From NCBI GenBank assembly GCA_963767005.1, contig CAVYCN010000003.1:128001-192000 (forward strand): 64,000 nt of DNA, given 5' to 3'. The notes below the pieces were generated by a model that worked only from the letters and a program-made list of their open reading frames with translations, was not told the DNA's origin and did no database searches. The DNA is from an uncultured Actinomycetes bacterium. GTDB taxonomy: Bacteria; Actinomycetota; Thermoleophilia; UBA2241. Shown piece by piece: positions 39,504 through 53,402 of this stretch (its first letter is position 1; every line of letters starts with the position of its first letter). Position numbers and translations under genes: made by a program.

Positions 39504-41337
39504 CCTCGACGGGCAGGGCGCGCAGCTCGTCGCGGATCTGGCGCCGGGTGCTCTCGAGCTCGACCAACCTGGCCTCGTTGTCAGAGTCGTCACGCGCCAC
39601 CGCTGTCTTGAGCTTCACAATGAGACGTCCGACGTGCTGTTCCTGGACACGAAGGAACAGCTCTTTCAGCACGAGTGCGGTGAACGACTCGGCGGCCGCC
39701 CTCACCACAATCGCCGCCACGGTACCCTCATCGGTGGCGTCCCCGTCTCTCACCAACCCGTGCCCCTGGTCGTTTTTCCCTGCTCCTTGCGGGCTTAACC
39801 GCCGCAGCGCAGCGCGATAGGCACTCCTCGACCCCTCGGTCGACAAGAAGCTCTCATCGATCGCTGCGAGGTAGTCGCGTCCTTGATCGGGCAACGCCAG
39901 GCAGGCTGCCAGGAAGCTCACTTCGAGCTCGTGCGTGCCCATCAGGACGCGCTCCTCGGCCGTGCGGCGGTCGGCCGGGCGCCGGAGCGCCTCGCCGCCC
40001 GCCGCGCTGCCCGCGAGAGCCGCGCGCCGCGCGCCGGCGGAGGCTTCGTCGCTGAGCAGGAACCTGATGTTGTCTTCGCTCAGCCGCAGCCTGTCGGCGA
40101 CGTACCGGACCTCTTCGTCACGCTCGAGGGGGCTGGCCGCCTGCGCGAGGATGGGGCGCAGCACGGCGAAGGCCCGCATACGACCGTCCACGGTCTGAAG
40201 GTCGTGAGAAGCAAGCACGGTGTGAATCTGGAACTGTAGCAGAGTCTGCGCCGCGGCGGCAAGCATGCGAAAAGCGTCGCCGTCGTTGCCCGCCAGCACG
40301 TAATCGGCCGGATCGAGGCCGTCCGGCACGCGCACGACGCGCATGGTCGCGCCGTGACGGCGGGCGAGCTCGAGGGCGCGGTTCATGGCCGACAGGCCGG
40401 CCGCGTCGGCGTCGAAGCACAGAAAGAGGTTGCGGGTGTGGCGGGTGAGGCGTTTCAGCTGCTCCTCGGTGAAGGCGGTGCCCATGGCGGCCACCACGTT
40501 GGTCACGCCGGCCTGCACCAGCGCGATGACGTCGGTGTACCCTTCGACCACGAACAGGCGGTCGAGCTTGGCGGCGCTCGTGCGGGCCTTGTCGAGGCCG
40601 AACAGGGCCTCGCTCTTGTGGTAGAGCAGGGTCTCGGGCGAGTTCAGGTATTTCGGTTTGTCGTCGCCCAGCGTGCGCGCGCCGAAGCCCAGCACCCGAC
40701 CGCGCTCGTCGGCGAGGGGGAACATGAGCCGGCCGCGGAAGCGGTCGTAGACGCCGCCCCGCTGACCGGGCACGACGAGGCCGGCGTCGGTGAGCTCGTG
40801 TTCGCTGAAGCCCTTCTTGCCGGCCGCGTCGCGCAGCCGCGACCAGGCCGGCAGCGAGTACCCCAGGCGGAACTGCCTGCAGACCTCCTCGCCGAGGCCA
40901 CGCTCGGCGAGGTAGGCGCGGGCGCCGTGCGCCGCCGGCGCTTCCCACAACACCCGCTCGTAGTAGTCGCGCGTGAGCTCGAGAAGCTGGCGCAGGCGCT
41001 CGCGCCGGCGCCGGTCGGCGTCGGCGCGGCTGCTCGACGCGTCGTACTCGAGCTGCACGCCGAAGCGGTCGGCGAGCGCTTCGACCGCTCCGGCGAAGTC
41101 GAGGTTCTCCTTCTTCTCGATGAACGACAGCAGGTCGCCGCCCTCGCCGCAGCCGAAGCAGTAGTACAGCTTCTCGGCGGGGTCGACCGAGAACGACGGG
41201 GTCTTCTCTTCGTGGAACGGGCAGCGCCCCATGTAGTTGGCGCCGGCCTTCTTGAGCTGGGTGTACTGGCCGACGACCTCGAGCATGTCGGCAGCCGCCA
41301 CGACCCGCTCGATGCTCGCTTTGGCGATGCGCGCCAG
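39499..41337 (-). CDS. dnaG: DNA primase (probable CTG start)
   Basis: CPFHEEKTPSF..YYCFGC zinc finger, DRFRGRLMFP, KYLNSPET, VEGYTD, CFDAD; homology extends to CTG at 41337 preceded by AAGGCGG. Confidence 0.95.
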   Translation of the reverse strand: MARIAKASIERVVAAADMLEVVGQYTQLKKAGANYMGRCPFHEEKTPSFSVDPAEKLYYCFGCGEGGDLLSFIEKKENLDFAGAVEALADRFGVQLEYDASSSRADADRRRRERLRQLLELTRDYYERVLWEAPAAHGARAYLAERGLGEEVCRQFRLGYSLPAWSRLRDAAGKKGFSEHELTDAGLVVPGQRGGVYDRFRGRLMFPLADERGRVLGFGARTLGDDKPKYLNSPETLLYHKSEALFGLDKARTSAAKLDRLFVVEGYTDVIALVQAGVTNVVAAMGTAFTEEQLKRLTRHTRNLFLCFDADAAGLSAMNRALELARRHGATMRVVRVPDGLDPADYVLAGNDGDAFRMLAAAAQTLLQFQIHTVLASHDLQTVDGRMRAFAVLRPILAQAASPLERDEEVRYVADRLRLSEDNIRFLLSDEASAGARRAALAGSAAGGEALRRPADRRTAEERVLMGTHELEVSFLAACLALPDQGRDYLAAIDESFLSTEGSRSAYRAALRRLSPQGAGKNDQGHGLVRDGDATDEGTVAAIVVRAAAESFTALVLKELFLRVQEQHVGRLIVKLKTAVARDDSDNEARLVELESTRRQIRDELRALPVED

Positions 41338-41340
41338 GAT

Positions 41341-41772
41341 CTACCGCCTTTCGTGGCCGCCGTCGGCGGCGTCGTCGTCGTCGCGCGCCGCCCGCCGGGA
41401 TTCCTCGGCGATCTTGCGGAGCGCATCGCGCTGGGACCGCTCGCGCGCCTGCAGCAGGCTCATGCCGGCCCGCCGCCGGCGCCGCTCACGGCGTGTGGCG
41501 CGTCGCGGCCGGTCGTAGGCCTGGTAGTGGTAGCCGAGGCGGTCGAGCGCCCAGACCCCGCCCACCATCAGGAGCACGATCCAGACAAGATACACGACCG
41601 CGAGGGCGGCCCACACCCCCGGCGAGGTCGTGTCGTGGAGGGCGCCGTGGGCGACGAGCGCGCCGCGCGCCCGGCTGATGTGGAACAGGCCCGCCCAGAA
41701 GAACAGGGCGGCCGGCACGGGCAGCAGCACGAGCCAGCCGAGGCCGACGAGCAGGCGCCCGTAGCGGCGCAC
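41341..41772 (-). CDS. Hypothetical membrane protein (2 TM + charged tail)
   Basis: GGAGG SD before GTG 41772; two hydrophobic helices. Confidence 0.6.
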   Translation of the reverse strand: MRRYGRLLVGLGWLVLLPVPAALFFWAGLFHISRARGALVAHGALHDTTSPGVWAALAVVYLVWIVLLMVGGVWALDRLGYHYQAYDRPRRATRRERRRRRAGMSLLQARERSQRDALRKIAEESRRAARDDDDAADGGHERR

Positions 41773-41776
41773 GGTC

Positions 41777-42361
41777 CTAGCCTCCGAGCGGCGTTGCGGC
41801 GGCCGGCGGCTGCGCCGCGGCCGCCTTGAGGTCGCGCCCCATGAGCACCTCGTCGTAGAAGCGCCCGGCGCGCTGGAACTGACGTACGCGGCGGCCCTCG
41901 AACGTGAACCGGTGACGTTCGTAGAAGACGATCGCCCGCGTGTTGTGGGGGAAGGCCGAGAGCACCACCTTGGCGAAGCCGGCGGCGGCCGCCCAGGCGG
42001 CCGCCGCCTCGAGCAGGGCCGCGCCCACGCCCAGGCCACGATAGGCGGCAGCGACCGACATGCCGAGCTCGAAGACGTGCGACGAGGGGCCGAAGGCGAC
42101 GCCGGCGCCGCCGAGGTTGCCGGCGAGCACGCCGTCGACCTCGGCGACCAGCATCAGGCCGCGCGGGTCGCGCGCGCTACGCGCGATCAGGCTCTTCACG
42201 TCGCGCAGTGTGATGCTGCCCGGCGTGGCCAGCAGCGGCACCTCGGGCTCGGCCGCGACGGCGTCGATCATGGCGCAGACGGCGCGGGCATCGGCGCCGG
42301 CGGCCGGGCGCACTACGAGCGCCCGGCCGTCGGTCGTGCGTGAGACTGCGGTAGCGGCCAG
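41777..42361 (-). CDS. GNAT family acetyltransferase
   Basis: ELGMSV..AYRGLGVG.ALL, N.RAI.FYER..F; start uncertain. Confidence 0.85.
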   Translation of the reverse strand: MAATAVSRTTDGRALVVRPAAGADARAVCAMIDAVAAEPEVPLLATPGSITLRDVKSLIARSARDPRGLMLVAEVDGVLAGNLGGAGVAFGPSSHVFELGMSVAAAYRGLGVGAALLEAAAAWAAAAGFAKVVLSAFPHNTRAIVFYERHRFTFEGRRVRQFQRAGRFYDEVLMGRDLKAAAAQPPAAATPLGG

Positions 42362-42380
42362 TGCGCCGCCCCCTTTCGGC

Positions 42381-45098
<2,718 letters not shown>

Positions 45099-45201
45099 CG
45101 ATTCCTCCTGAAGCACCACGGTCGCGGGGCTAGTCTCTTGTGCTCCCCGTCGTCATCCATCAACCCTTGACTTCGTTGCAGCACGCCGAGCCACGGGCCA
45201 G

Positions 45202-47480
45202 TCAGCTCTGCTGGACCGGCAGACGGCCGAAGTCGCCGAGGGCGCCGAGCAGCTCGGTCAGCTCGCGCAGCTGGGCCAGGCGGTTGGCGCGCACCGCCTG
45301 GTCCTTGTCCATGACGAGGACCTCGTCGAAGTAGCGATCGACCGGCCCGCGCAGTGCGGCGGCGGCGCACAGCGCCGCCTCGACGTCGCCGCCGGCCAGG
45401 GCCGCCTCGACGGGCCCGCGCACCTCGGCCAGAGCGTCGGCCAGGGCGTGCTCGGCCTCGTCGGCAAAGAGCGCGCGGTCGGGCGCCGCAGGCGCCGCGC
45501 CGGGATCGGTCTCGGCCTTGGCGGCCAGCGCGGCCGGGCGTGTGTAGGCGGTGACGACGTCGTTGAAGTAGGGCTCGTGTTCGACGCGCGCGAAGGCGCG
45601 CGCGAGGGCGGCCACGCGCGGCAGGTCGGCGCCGAAGGCGCGCGCGCCCAGCGCCGCCTCGACCAGCGGGAACGGCAAGCCCTCGTCGAGGAGCAGGACC
45701 TGCAGGCGTTCCCAGATGAACTCGGCGACCTCGCCCTCGGGATCGGCACCAGAAGCCGATGACGGGAGCACCGCCCGGCTTGGGTCGGCCGGCTCCGCGT
45801 ACACGCGGACCGCGGCGCTCGCCAGGGTGCGAGGCGGGATCGCCAGATCGTACTCGAGAGCGATACGGACGATACCCATGGCGGCGCGGCGCAGCCCGTA
45901 CGGGTCGCGCGAGCCCGAGGGCTTCTCGCCGGCCAGCCAGGCGCCGACGATGTTGTCGATCTTCTCGGCTGTGGCGACGAGCCCGCCAGCCAGCGTCCCG
46001 GGCACCGGCGCCGCCGCCGAGAGCGGCTGGTAGTGATCCGCGATCGCCTGCGCGATCGCGGGTGACGCGCCGGCCTTCTCGGCGTAGATGCCACCGACGC
46101 GGCCCTGCAGGCTGGGGAACTCGATCACGACCTGGCTCACCAGGTCGGCCTTGGCGAACTTGGCGGCGACCACGGCTGCCGGCAGCTCGCCGGTGACGCG
46201 CGCCGTGAGACCCTGGTCGGCCGCCGCGGCGACCGGCTCGCGATCGGCGGGTCCGCCGACCCATCCGGCCAGCCAGCTCGTGAGGGCGACCAGGCGCGCC
46301 GACTTGTCGGCGAGCGAGCCCAGCCTGGCGTGGAAGACGACCTCGCCCAGCCTCGAGGCCATGGCCTCGAGGCCCTCGGCGAGGTCGCGGTCGTACGAGA
46401 ACTCGGCGTCGTCGAGGCGGCCTTCGAGCACGCGCTCGTTGCCCCGTGTGACCAGCTTGGCGGCCTCCGGATCGGCGTTGGAGACGTAGAGGAACGCCGG
46501 CAGCAGGCGGCCGCCCTGGTCTTCGACCGGCCAGTAGCGCTGATGGCTCTGCATGGCCGTGATCAGGACATCGTCGGGCAGGCGCAGGTGGCGCTCGTCG
46601 AAGGCGCCGGCGTGTACGCTGGGCCACTCGGCCAGGTAGATGTTCTCCTCGAGGACGCCGGCCGGGTCAGACCAGCGCACCGTCCCGCTTGCGGAGCTCC
46701 CGCCGACCCTGGCGGCGGCCGCGTCGAGGCCCTCGACGATGAGGCGGCGGCGCTCGTCCTGATCGGCGATCACATGCTGCTCGCGCAGGTGCCGCTCGTA
46801 GTGGCTCGCGTGGTCGACGATCAGCGGGCGGCCGAGCACGCGATGGCCCTGGGTGACGGCGCCGGCGTGCAGGTCGTAAAAGTCGAAGGGCACCGGCTGG
46901 CCGGCGAAGATGCAGACCAGCCAGCGCAGCGGCCGCGAGAAGCGCAGGTACTCGTCGGCGCCGGCCGGACGCGCGCCCCAGCGCATGCCGCGCGGGATCT
47001 GCAGCGAGGTGATCAGGCGGCGGCAGGTGTCGGGCAGCACGCGCTCGGCGCCGCGGCGCTCGGCCTCGATCACGGCGACCACGAACTCGGTGCCATCGAC
47101 CGTCTCGCGCCCCAGGGTGGCCGGCGTGAGGCCCTTGCCGCGGGCGAAGCCTTCGCCGGCCCTGGTGGGCGCGCCGTCGGGCCCGAAGGCCACGTCGGCG
47201 CGCGGCCCGCGGTGGCGCAGTGTCTGCGCCGTCTGCTCGCGGGGCACGTCCTTGACCCACACGGCGACGCGCCGCGGCGCCACCATCACCTTGAGACGCG
47301 TCTCGGCGAACACGACCGGATCGGCGGCGTCGCCGAGACCGACCAGCCGCTCCGCGGCCAGCGCCTCGTAAACCAGGCCGGGCGCCTCGGCGGTGCCGGC
47401 GCCGCGAAGCTGGGCAAGCACCGACAGGCAGGTGCGGTAGGGCAGCTCCTCGACGCCGATCTCGAACAGCCAGCCAGCCG

Positions 47481-47484
<4 letters not shown>
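45202..47484 (-). CDS. glyS: Glycyl-tRNA synthetase beta subunit
   Basis: [46 protein letters not shown]. Confidence 0.95.
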
Positions 47485-48503
<1,019 letters not shown>

Positions 48504-48811
48504 GACCGCTCCAAATCGGGACTGAGGATTCTATCAGATGGGCTGCGCGCCGGGGCGTATCGGCCGAGGGCCGTGACGAGCCCCGCGACGCGCGGCGCCG
48601 GTGATCCGCGACGCGCGGCGCCGGGGCCGCGCGCGGCGGCGTCCTGGCGGACGCCGCCGCCGTCCGTCGCCACGTCTGGCGACGGGAACTCACGGGCGCA
48701 GACACGCACGGATCGTGCTCGAAACCGGCGCCCGGCGCCAACACCCGGCCGCGGCGGCTCCGGAGGGCGTCGTATACTTCCAGGCTGCGGCAACCACACA
48801 GGGGGGGAGTC

Positions 48812-50275
48812 ATGGTCCGTCACCGTCTCGCCACGCTCGTCTGCGCGTCGGTCGCGGCTGCAGCGGCGTTCGCCGTCGTGAGCGCGGGCGCGGCTGCACC
48901 GGCCCGCGCCGCAGGCTTGCCGGCCGTCGCCGCGACGCTCGGCGCCCCGTCCCTCGCCGCCACCGCCCTGCCGCCGCGCGGCGTCTGGGCGCTCGCCACC
49001 GGCCCGACCATCGACGCCGAGAGCTGGGTCGACGTGGCCAGCGGCCCCGACGGGACGCTCTACGCCACCGGCTCCTTCGGCGCGAGCGCCACGGCCGGCG
49101 ACATCATGGTCGCCGAGTTCAGCGCCGACGACGCCGCGAGCGACCACCTGCTCTGGAGCGACGTCTGGGACAACCCGACGGAGCACCTCGTCGACCAGGC
49201 CAGCGCCCTCGCCGTCGACCACACCGGCGCCCTGATTGTCGCCGGCACGTCGCAGAGCGCCACCGACGGCCGCGAGTGGGTCGTCGTCAAATGGACCGCC
49301 GCGCACGCCGTGGCCTGGCAGACCGTGATCCCGGCGCACGCGGGCGCCGCCTGGTCGGCGAGCGCGAGCGACGTCGCCTGCGACGCCGCCGGCGACGTGT
49401 ACGTGTGCGGCACGGCGCAGACCGGCACCGCGGGCGGCAAGCCGGTCTCGTCGCTCGTCGTGCGCAAGCTGAGTGGCGCCGACGGCCACGTGGTCTGGAC
49501 GCGCGCCTACGCGGGCGCCCCGCACAGCACGAACTGGGGCCTGCGCCTCGCGCTCGGCACGACCGGCGACCTGTACTGCACGGGTTTCGGCGGCAGCGTG
49601 CACGGCGACCCCGACATGCTCGTCTGCCGCTTGAGCACGGCCAGCGGTCGCCTGGTCTGGCTCTCCCGCCTCGCCGACGCCCGTCGCCTCAAAGACGAGG
49701 GCGTCGCCCTGGCGCTACGCGGCACGCACCTCTGGGTGACCGGCTTCGAGACGACGAGCGCTGCGAGCCGCGTCGCCGTGCTGGCCAAGTACACGCTCGG
49801 CGGCCACCGTCTCTGGCTGCGCACGTGGCTCGAGATGCCCAGGACGTTCGAGGACCCGACCGGGCTCACCGTCGACCGCCACGGCAACGCGGTCGTGGTC
49901 GGCGCCGGCTTTCCAAACCCCGCCACGCGCGAGCACGCCTTCGTCCTTCACTACGACCCGAGCGGTCGCCTCACGTGGCGCAGCATCGCCTTCGACCCGA
50001 TCAGCCACAAGGCGGCCTGGTACGGCGTGGTCGGCGACGGCAGCGGCCGCGTCTGGACGGTCGGGGCGGTGCCGGCCGGCGGCTCGACCGCGCTCGCCGT
50101 CGCGCGCTACGCCGCAAACGGCGTCAACGGCTGGCACAGCGTCTGGGCGGGCGCCGACGGCCTCGGCGCCTCGGGCAACGTCATCTGCCTGGCGAACGGC
50201 GGCGTGTTCGTCGGCGGCGCCGTGGTCACCAACGCCGGCGGCGTCGACGCGCTCGCGGTCAAGCTGACCCGGTAG
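48812..50275 (+). CDS. Secreted beta-propeller repeat protein
   Basis: Signal peptide; recurring (D)xxGxxYxxG...W blades (DGTLYATG, AGDVYVCG, TGDLYCTG). Confidence 0.7.
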   Translation: MVRHRLATLVCASVAAAAAFAVVSAGAAAPARAAGLPAVAATLGAPSLAATALPPRGVWALATGPTIDAESWVDVASGPDGTLYATGSFGASATAGDIMVAEFSADDAASDHLLWSDVWDNPTEHLVDQASALAVDHTGALIVAGTSQSATDGREWVVVKWTAAHAVAWQTVIPAHAGAAWSASASDVACDAAGDVYVCGTAQTGTAGGKPVSSLVVRKLSGADGHVVWTRAYAGAPHSTNWGLRLALGTTGDLYCTGFGGSVHGDPDMLVCRLSTASGRLVWLSRLADARRLKDEGVALALRGTHLWVTGFETTSAASRVAVLAKYTLGGHRLWLRTWLEMPRTFEDPTGLTVDRHGNAVVVGAGFPNPATREHAFVLHYDPSGRLTWRSIAFDPISHKAAWYGVVGDGSGRVWTVGAVPAGGSTALAVARYAANGVNGWHSVWAGADGLGASGNVICLANGGVFVGGAVVTNAGGVDALAVKLTR

Positions 50276-50311
50276 GCGCCGCGACGAGGGCCCGGCCGCG
50301 GAGCGGACGCC

Positions 50312-51052
50312 CTACCGCGCCTGGGCGAAGCGCAGCGCCCGCAGCCGGGCGCCGGTCTCGTGCATGTAGAGCTGATGGATGTGGCGCAGCGCCTCTTCAG
50401 CCCCGGGGGCGCGGTCCTGCGCGCGCAGCTCGGCGAGCGGCAGCTCGACCGAGCCGCGCATGGCCGCGACCGCCTCGGGGCTCACCGGCACACCCTCGGC
50501 GACCGAGCATTCGCAGACGAGGCCGCCGAGCGACGCCGAGAAGGCGAGCGCGAGGCCGGTCGAGCCGCAGCGCGCGCATTGGTCGAGCACCGGCAGGTAG
50601 CCGGCCTCGTGCAGCAGCTTCATGAGCACGCCGAGCACGAGCGGCGCCGAGCGCGCCGGGCCGTCGAAGCCACGGTCGATCTCGGCCAGAGCGTGCGTCA
50701 GCAGGTTGAACACCCGATCGTGGCGCTCCTCTTCGCCGAACAGCCCGGCGACCGCCTCGCAGGCCAGGGCGGCGGCCGTCATGGCTTCGCGATCCTCGCG
50801 CAGCCATAGGAACGCGGCCACGAGCTGGGCCGATGTGATCGTGTACAGCGAGCGGCCGCGAAACATGACGAGGTCGACCACGCCGAACGGCTCCAGGCGG
50901 CCGCCCCAGCGCGACTTGGTGCGACGCACCCCCTTGACCACCGCGTCGAGGCGGCCGAGCTCACGGCTGAACAGTGAGACGATGCGATCGGCCTCGCCGA
51001 GCGGCCGGCTCGACAGCACCACTCCCCGCGTCTTCTCGTACCGGCTCGACAT
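50312..51052 (-). CDS. recO: DNA repair protein RecO
   Basis: GEADRIV.LF..E.G...VKGVR..KSR.GG.LEPF; CxxC zinc motif. Confidence 0.93.
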   Translation of the reverse strand: MSSRYEKTRGVVLSSRPLGEADRIVSLFSRELGRLDAVVKGVRRTKSRWGGRLEPFGVVDLVMFRGRSLYTITSAQLVAAFLWLREDREAMTAAALACEAVAGLFGEEERHDRVFNLLTHALAEIDRGFDGPARSAPLVLGVLMKLLHEAGYLPVLDQCARCGSTGLALAFSASLGGLVCECSVAEGVPVSPEAVAAMRGSVELPLAELRAQDRAPGAEEALRHIHQLYMHETGARLRALRFAQAR

Positions 51053-51055
51053 CGG

Positions 51056-52018
51056 TCACTCGCGCTCGCGGGCCGCGACGACGCGCGGCCGGCCGCCGAG
51101 GTCGTCGCGCACCTCGACCGGCTCGTAGCGGCCGGCCGCCCGGAAGATCTCGACCACCGCGGTCGCCCGGCTCTCGGCGATCTCGACGGCGAGGAACCCG
51201 CCGGGCGCGAGGAACGGCGTCGCCGCCGGCACGATACGCCGGTAGAAGTCGAGGCCGTCGGGACCGCCCAGCAGCGCGACGGCGGGCTCGAAGGCGTGCA
51301 CGTCGGGCGGCGTCGCGGCGAGCTCGTGGTCGGCCACGTACGGCGGGTTCGAGACGATGAGGTCGAACAGCGAGCCCGGCGGCACGTCGGCGAACAGATC
51401 GCTCGCCAGGAACCGGCAGCGGGCCGCGAGGCCGAGCCGCTCGGCGTTCAGGCGGGCCTGCTCGAGCGCCCGGGCCTGCACGTCGATCCCCACGGCGATG
51501 ACGTCGGCGCGGGCGTGGACGATCGCCAGGGCGACCACGCCGCTGCCGGTGCCCACGTCGAGCACCCGCAGCGGCGCCATCTGGCCGGGCCCGCCGCGCC
51601 AGCGGGACGGCGACCCGTCGCCGGCCCCGGGATCGACCCCGTGGGTCTCGAGCCGGCGGCCGGCGGCCAAGACGGCCAGCTTCTCGAGGGCGACCTCGAC
51701 GAGCGTCTCGGTCTCGGGACGCGGGATGAGCGTGTCCGGCGTCACGCCGACCTCGATCTCATGGAACGCCTTCACGCCGGTGAGATAGGCGACCGGCTCG
51801 TGGGCGGCGCGGCGCGACACGAGCTCGTGCAGCGCGCGCCGCTCGTCGGCGGTGAGCACCCGCTCGGGCTCGGCGTAGAGGCGTTCGCGCCGCAGGCCGA
51901 GGACGTGAGCGAGGAGGATCTCGACGTCGAGGCGCGGCGACGCTGAGCTCGCCTGCAGCCGCCGCGCCTCGCTCGCGAGCGCGCGACGCACGGTGCGCGG
52001 CCGCGTCGGGTCGGTCAT
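51056..52018 (-). CDS. prmC: Release factor glutamine methyltransferase
   Basis: [38 protein letters not shown]. Confidence 0.95.
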   Translation of the reverse strand: MTDPTRPRTVRRALASEARRLQASSASPRLDVEILLAHVLGLRRERLYAEPERVLTADERRALHELVSRRAAHEPVAYLTGVKAFHEIEVGVTPDTLIPRPETETLVEVALEKLAVLAAGRRLETHGVDPGAGDGSPSRWRGGPGQMAPLRVLDVGTGSGVVALAIVHARADVIAVGIDVQARALEQARLNAERLGLAARCRFLASDLFADVPPGSLFDLIVSNPPYVADHELAATPPDVHAFEPAVALLGGPDGLDFYRRIVPAATPFLAPGGFLAVEIAESRATAVVEIFRAAGRYEPVEVRDDLGGRPRVVAARERE

Positions 52019-53139
52019 GTCTCGGTGGTCACGCTGGCGAGCTGCTTGCGCCGGTCCTCGGCGGCCAGAGCCTCGGTGAACTCGTCGAGGTCGCCCTCGA
52101 GTACGGCCGCCAGGCGGTGCGAAGTCAGACCGACGCGTCCGTCGGTCACGCGATTCTGCGGGAAGTTGTAGGTACGGATCTTCTGGGCGCGGTCGCCGGT
52201 GCCGACCATGCTGCGGCGCTGGGCGGCGAGCTCCTTGTCCTGCTCGGCCTGGGCGATGTCGAACAGCCGGGCGCGCAAGATGCGCAGCGCCTGCTCTTTG
52301 TTCTGGAGCTGGCTCTTCTCGTCCTGGCAGCTCACTACGAGGCCGCTCGGCAAGTGGGTGATGCGCACCGCCGAGTCGGTCGTGTTGACCGACTGGCCGC
52401 CGGGGCCGCTCGAGCGGAAGATGTCGATGCGCAGCTCGTTCGGGTCGATCTGCACCTCGACCTCTTCGGCCTCGGGCAGCACGGCGACCGTGGCCGTCGA
52501 GGTGTGGATGCGGCCCTGCGACTCGGTCACCGGCACGCGCTGCACGCGGTGCACGCCGCCCTCGTATTTGAAGGTCGAGTAGGCGCCGCGGCCGCGCACC
52601 TCGAAGATGATCTCCTTGTAGCCGCCCGACTCCGACTCGGACTTGGAGAGCTCCTCGACCTCGTAGCCCTTCTTCTCGGCGTAGCGGTAGAGCATGCGGT
52701 AGAGGTCGCCGGCAAAGAGGGCGGCCTCGTCGCCGCCGGTGCCGGCGCGGATCTCGATGATGACGTCTTTGGCGTCGTTAGGGTCGCGGGCGAGCATCTG
52801 CGCGCGGATCTCCTCGGCGAGCTCGGTCAGTCGGCGACGGCTCTCGTAGAGCTCCTGCTGCAGGTAGGCGCGCATCTCGTCGTCGACCTCGCCGGCGCCC
52901 GAGCCGCCGCTGTCGGAGTCGCCGTCGGCGCCGAGCATCTCCTCGGCGTCGGCGATACCGCGCTCGGCCTCGCGGTACTGCAGCGCGAGGGCGTGCGCCT
53001 CGGAGAGCTCGGCGTGGCGGCGCGCCGCCGCCGCGTAGCGGGCGCGGTCGGCCAGCAGCTCGGAGTCGGAGAGCTGCTCGGTGAGCTCGGCGTAGGAACG
53101 CTCGATCTCGTCGATCAATCTGTCGGTCACGTCGGCCAT
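52015..53139 (-). CDS. prfA: Peptide chain release factor 1 (UAG/UAA)
   Basis: [17 protein letters not shown] (RF1 PxT), [11 protein letters not shown]. Confidence 0.97.
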   Translation of the reverse strand: MADVTDRLIDEIERSYAELTEQLSDSELLADRARYAAAARRHAELSEAHALALQYREAERGIADAEEMLGADGDSDSGGSGAGEVDDEMRAYLQQELYESRRRLTELAEEIRAQMLARDPNDAKDVIIEIRAGTGGDEAALFAGDLYRMLYRYAEKKGYEVEELSKSESESGGYKEIIFEVRGRGAYSTFKYEGGVHRVQRVPVTESQGRIHTSTATVAVLPEAEEVEVQIDPNELRIDIFRSSGPGGQSVNTTDSAVRITHLPSGLVVSCQDEKSQLQNKEQALRILRARLFDIAQAEQDKELAAQRRSMVGTGDRAQKIRTYNFPQNRVTDGRVGLTSHRLAAVLEGDLDEFTEALAAEDRRKQLASVTTET

Positions 53140-53402
53140 GCGGTGTGTGTCATCGTCGTGGGATCCTCATCGCGAGGACCCGGCGTCGTTCGAGGGATCG
53201 GCGGGCCGGACGCGGCGCCTGTGCTCGCCCTGGCCGGGCAGGGCCGGCCTGCGCCGCGCCCTCGCCCCGAGTCCTTCGGCCCTGTCGTGATTATACCTGC
53301 GGGTACGACCGACAAGCTCTGAGCGGCCCGGCCGGCCGAGGACACCGCGCCGGCGAGGACCCTGCGCCGACCACTGACCCGCGTCCCGCGCCGGCCGAAG
53401 GC

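Noticed and set aside
48504-48811. T-box riboswitch upstream of glyQS
   Set aside because: No T-box consensus is seen; only an extended -10-like TGaTAGAAT close to the start.
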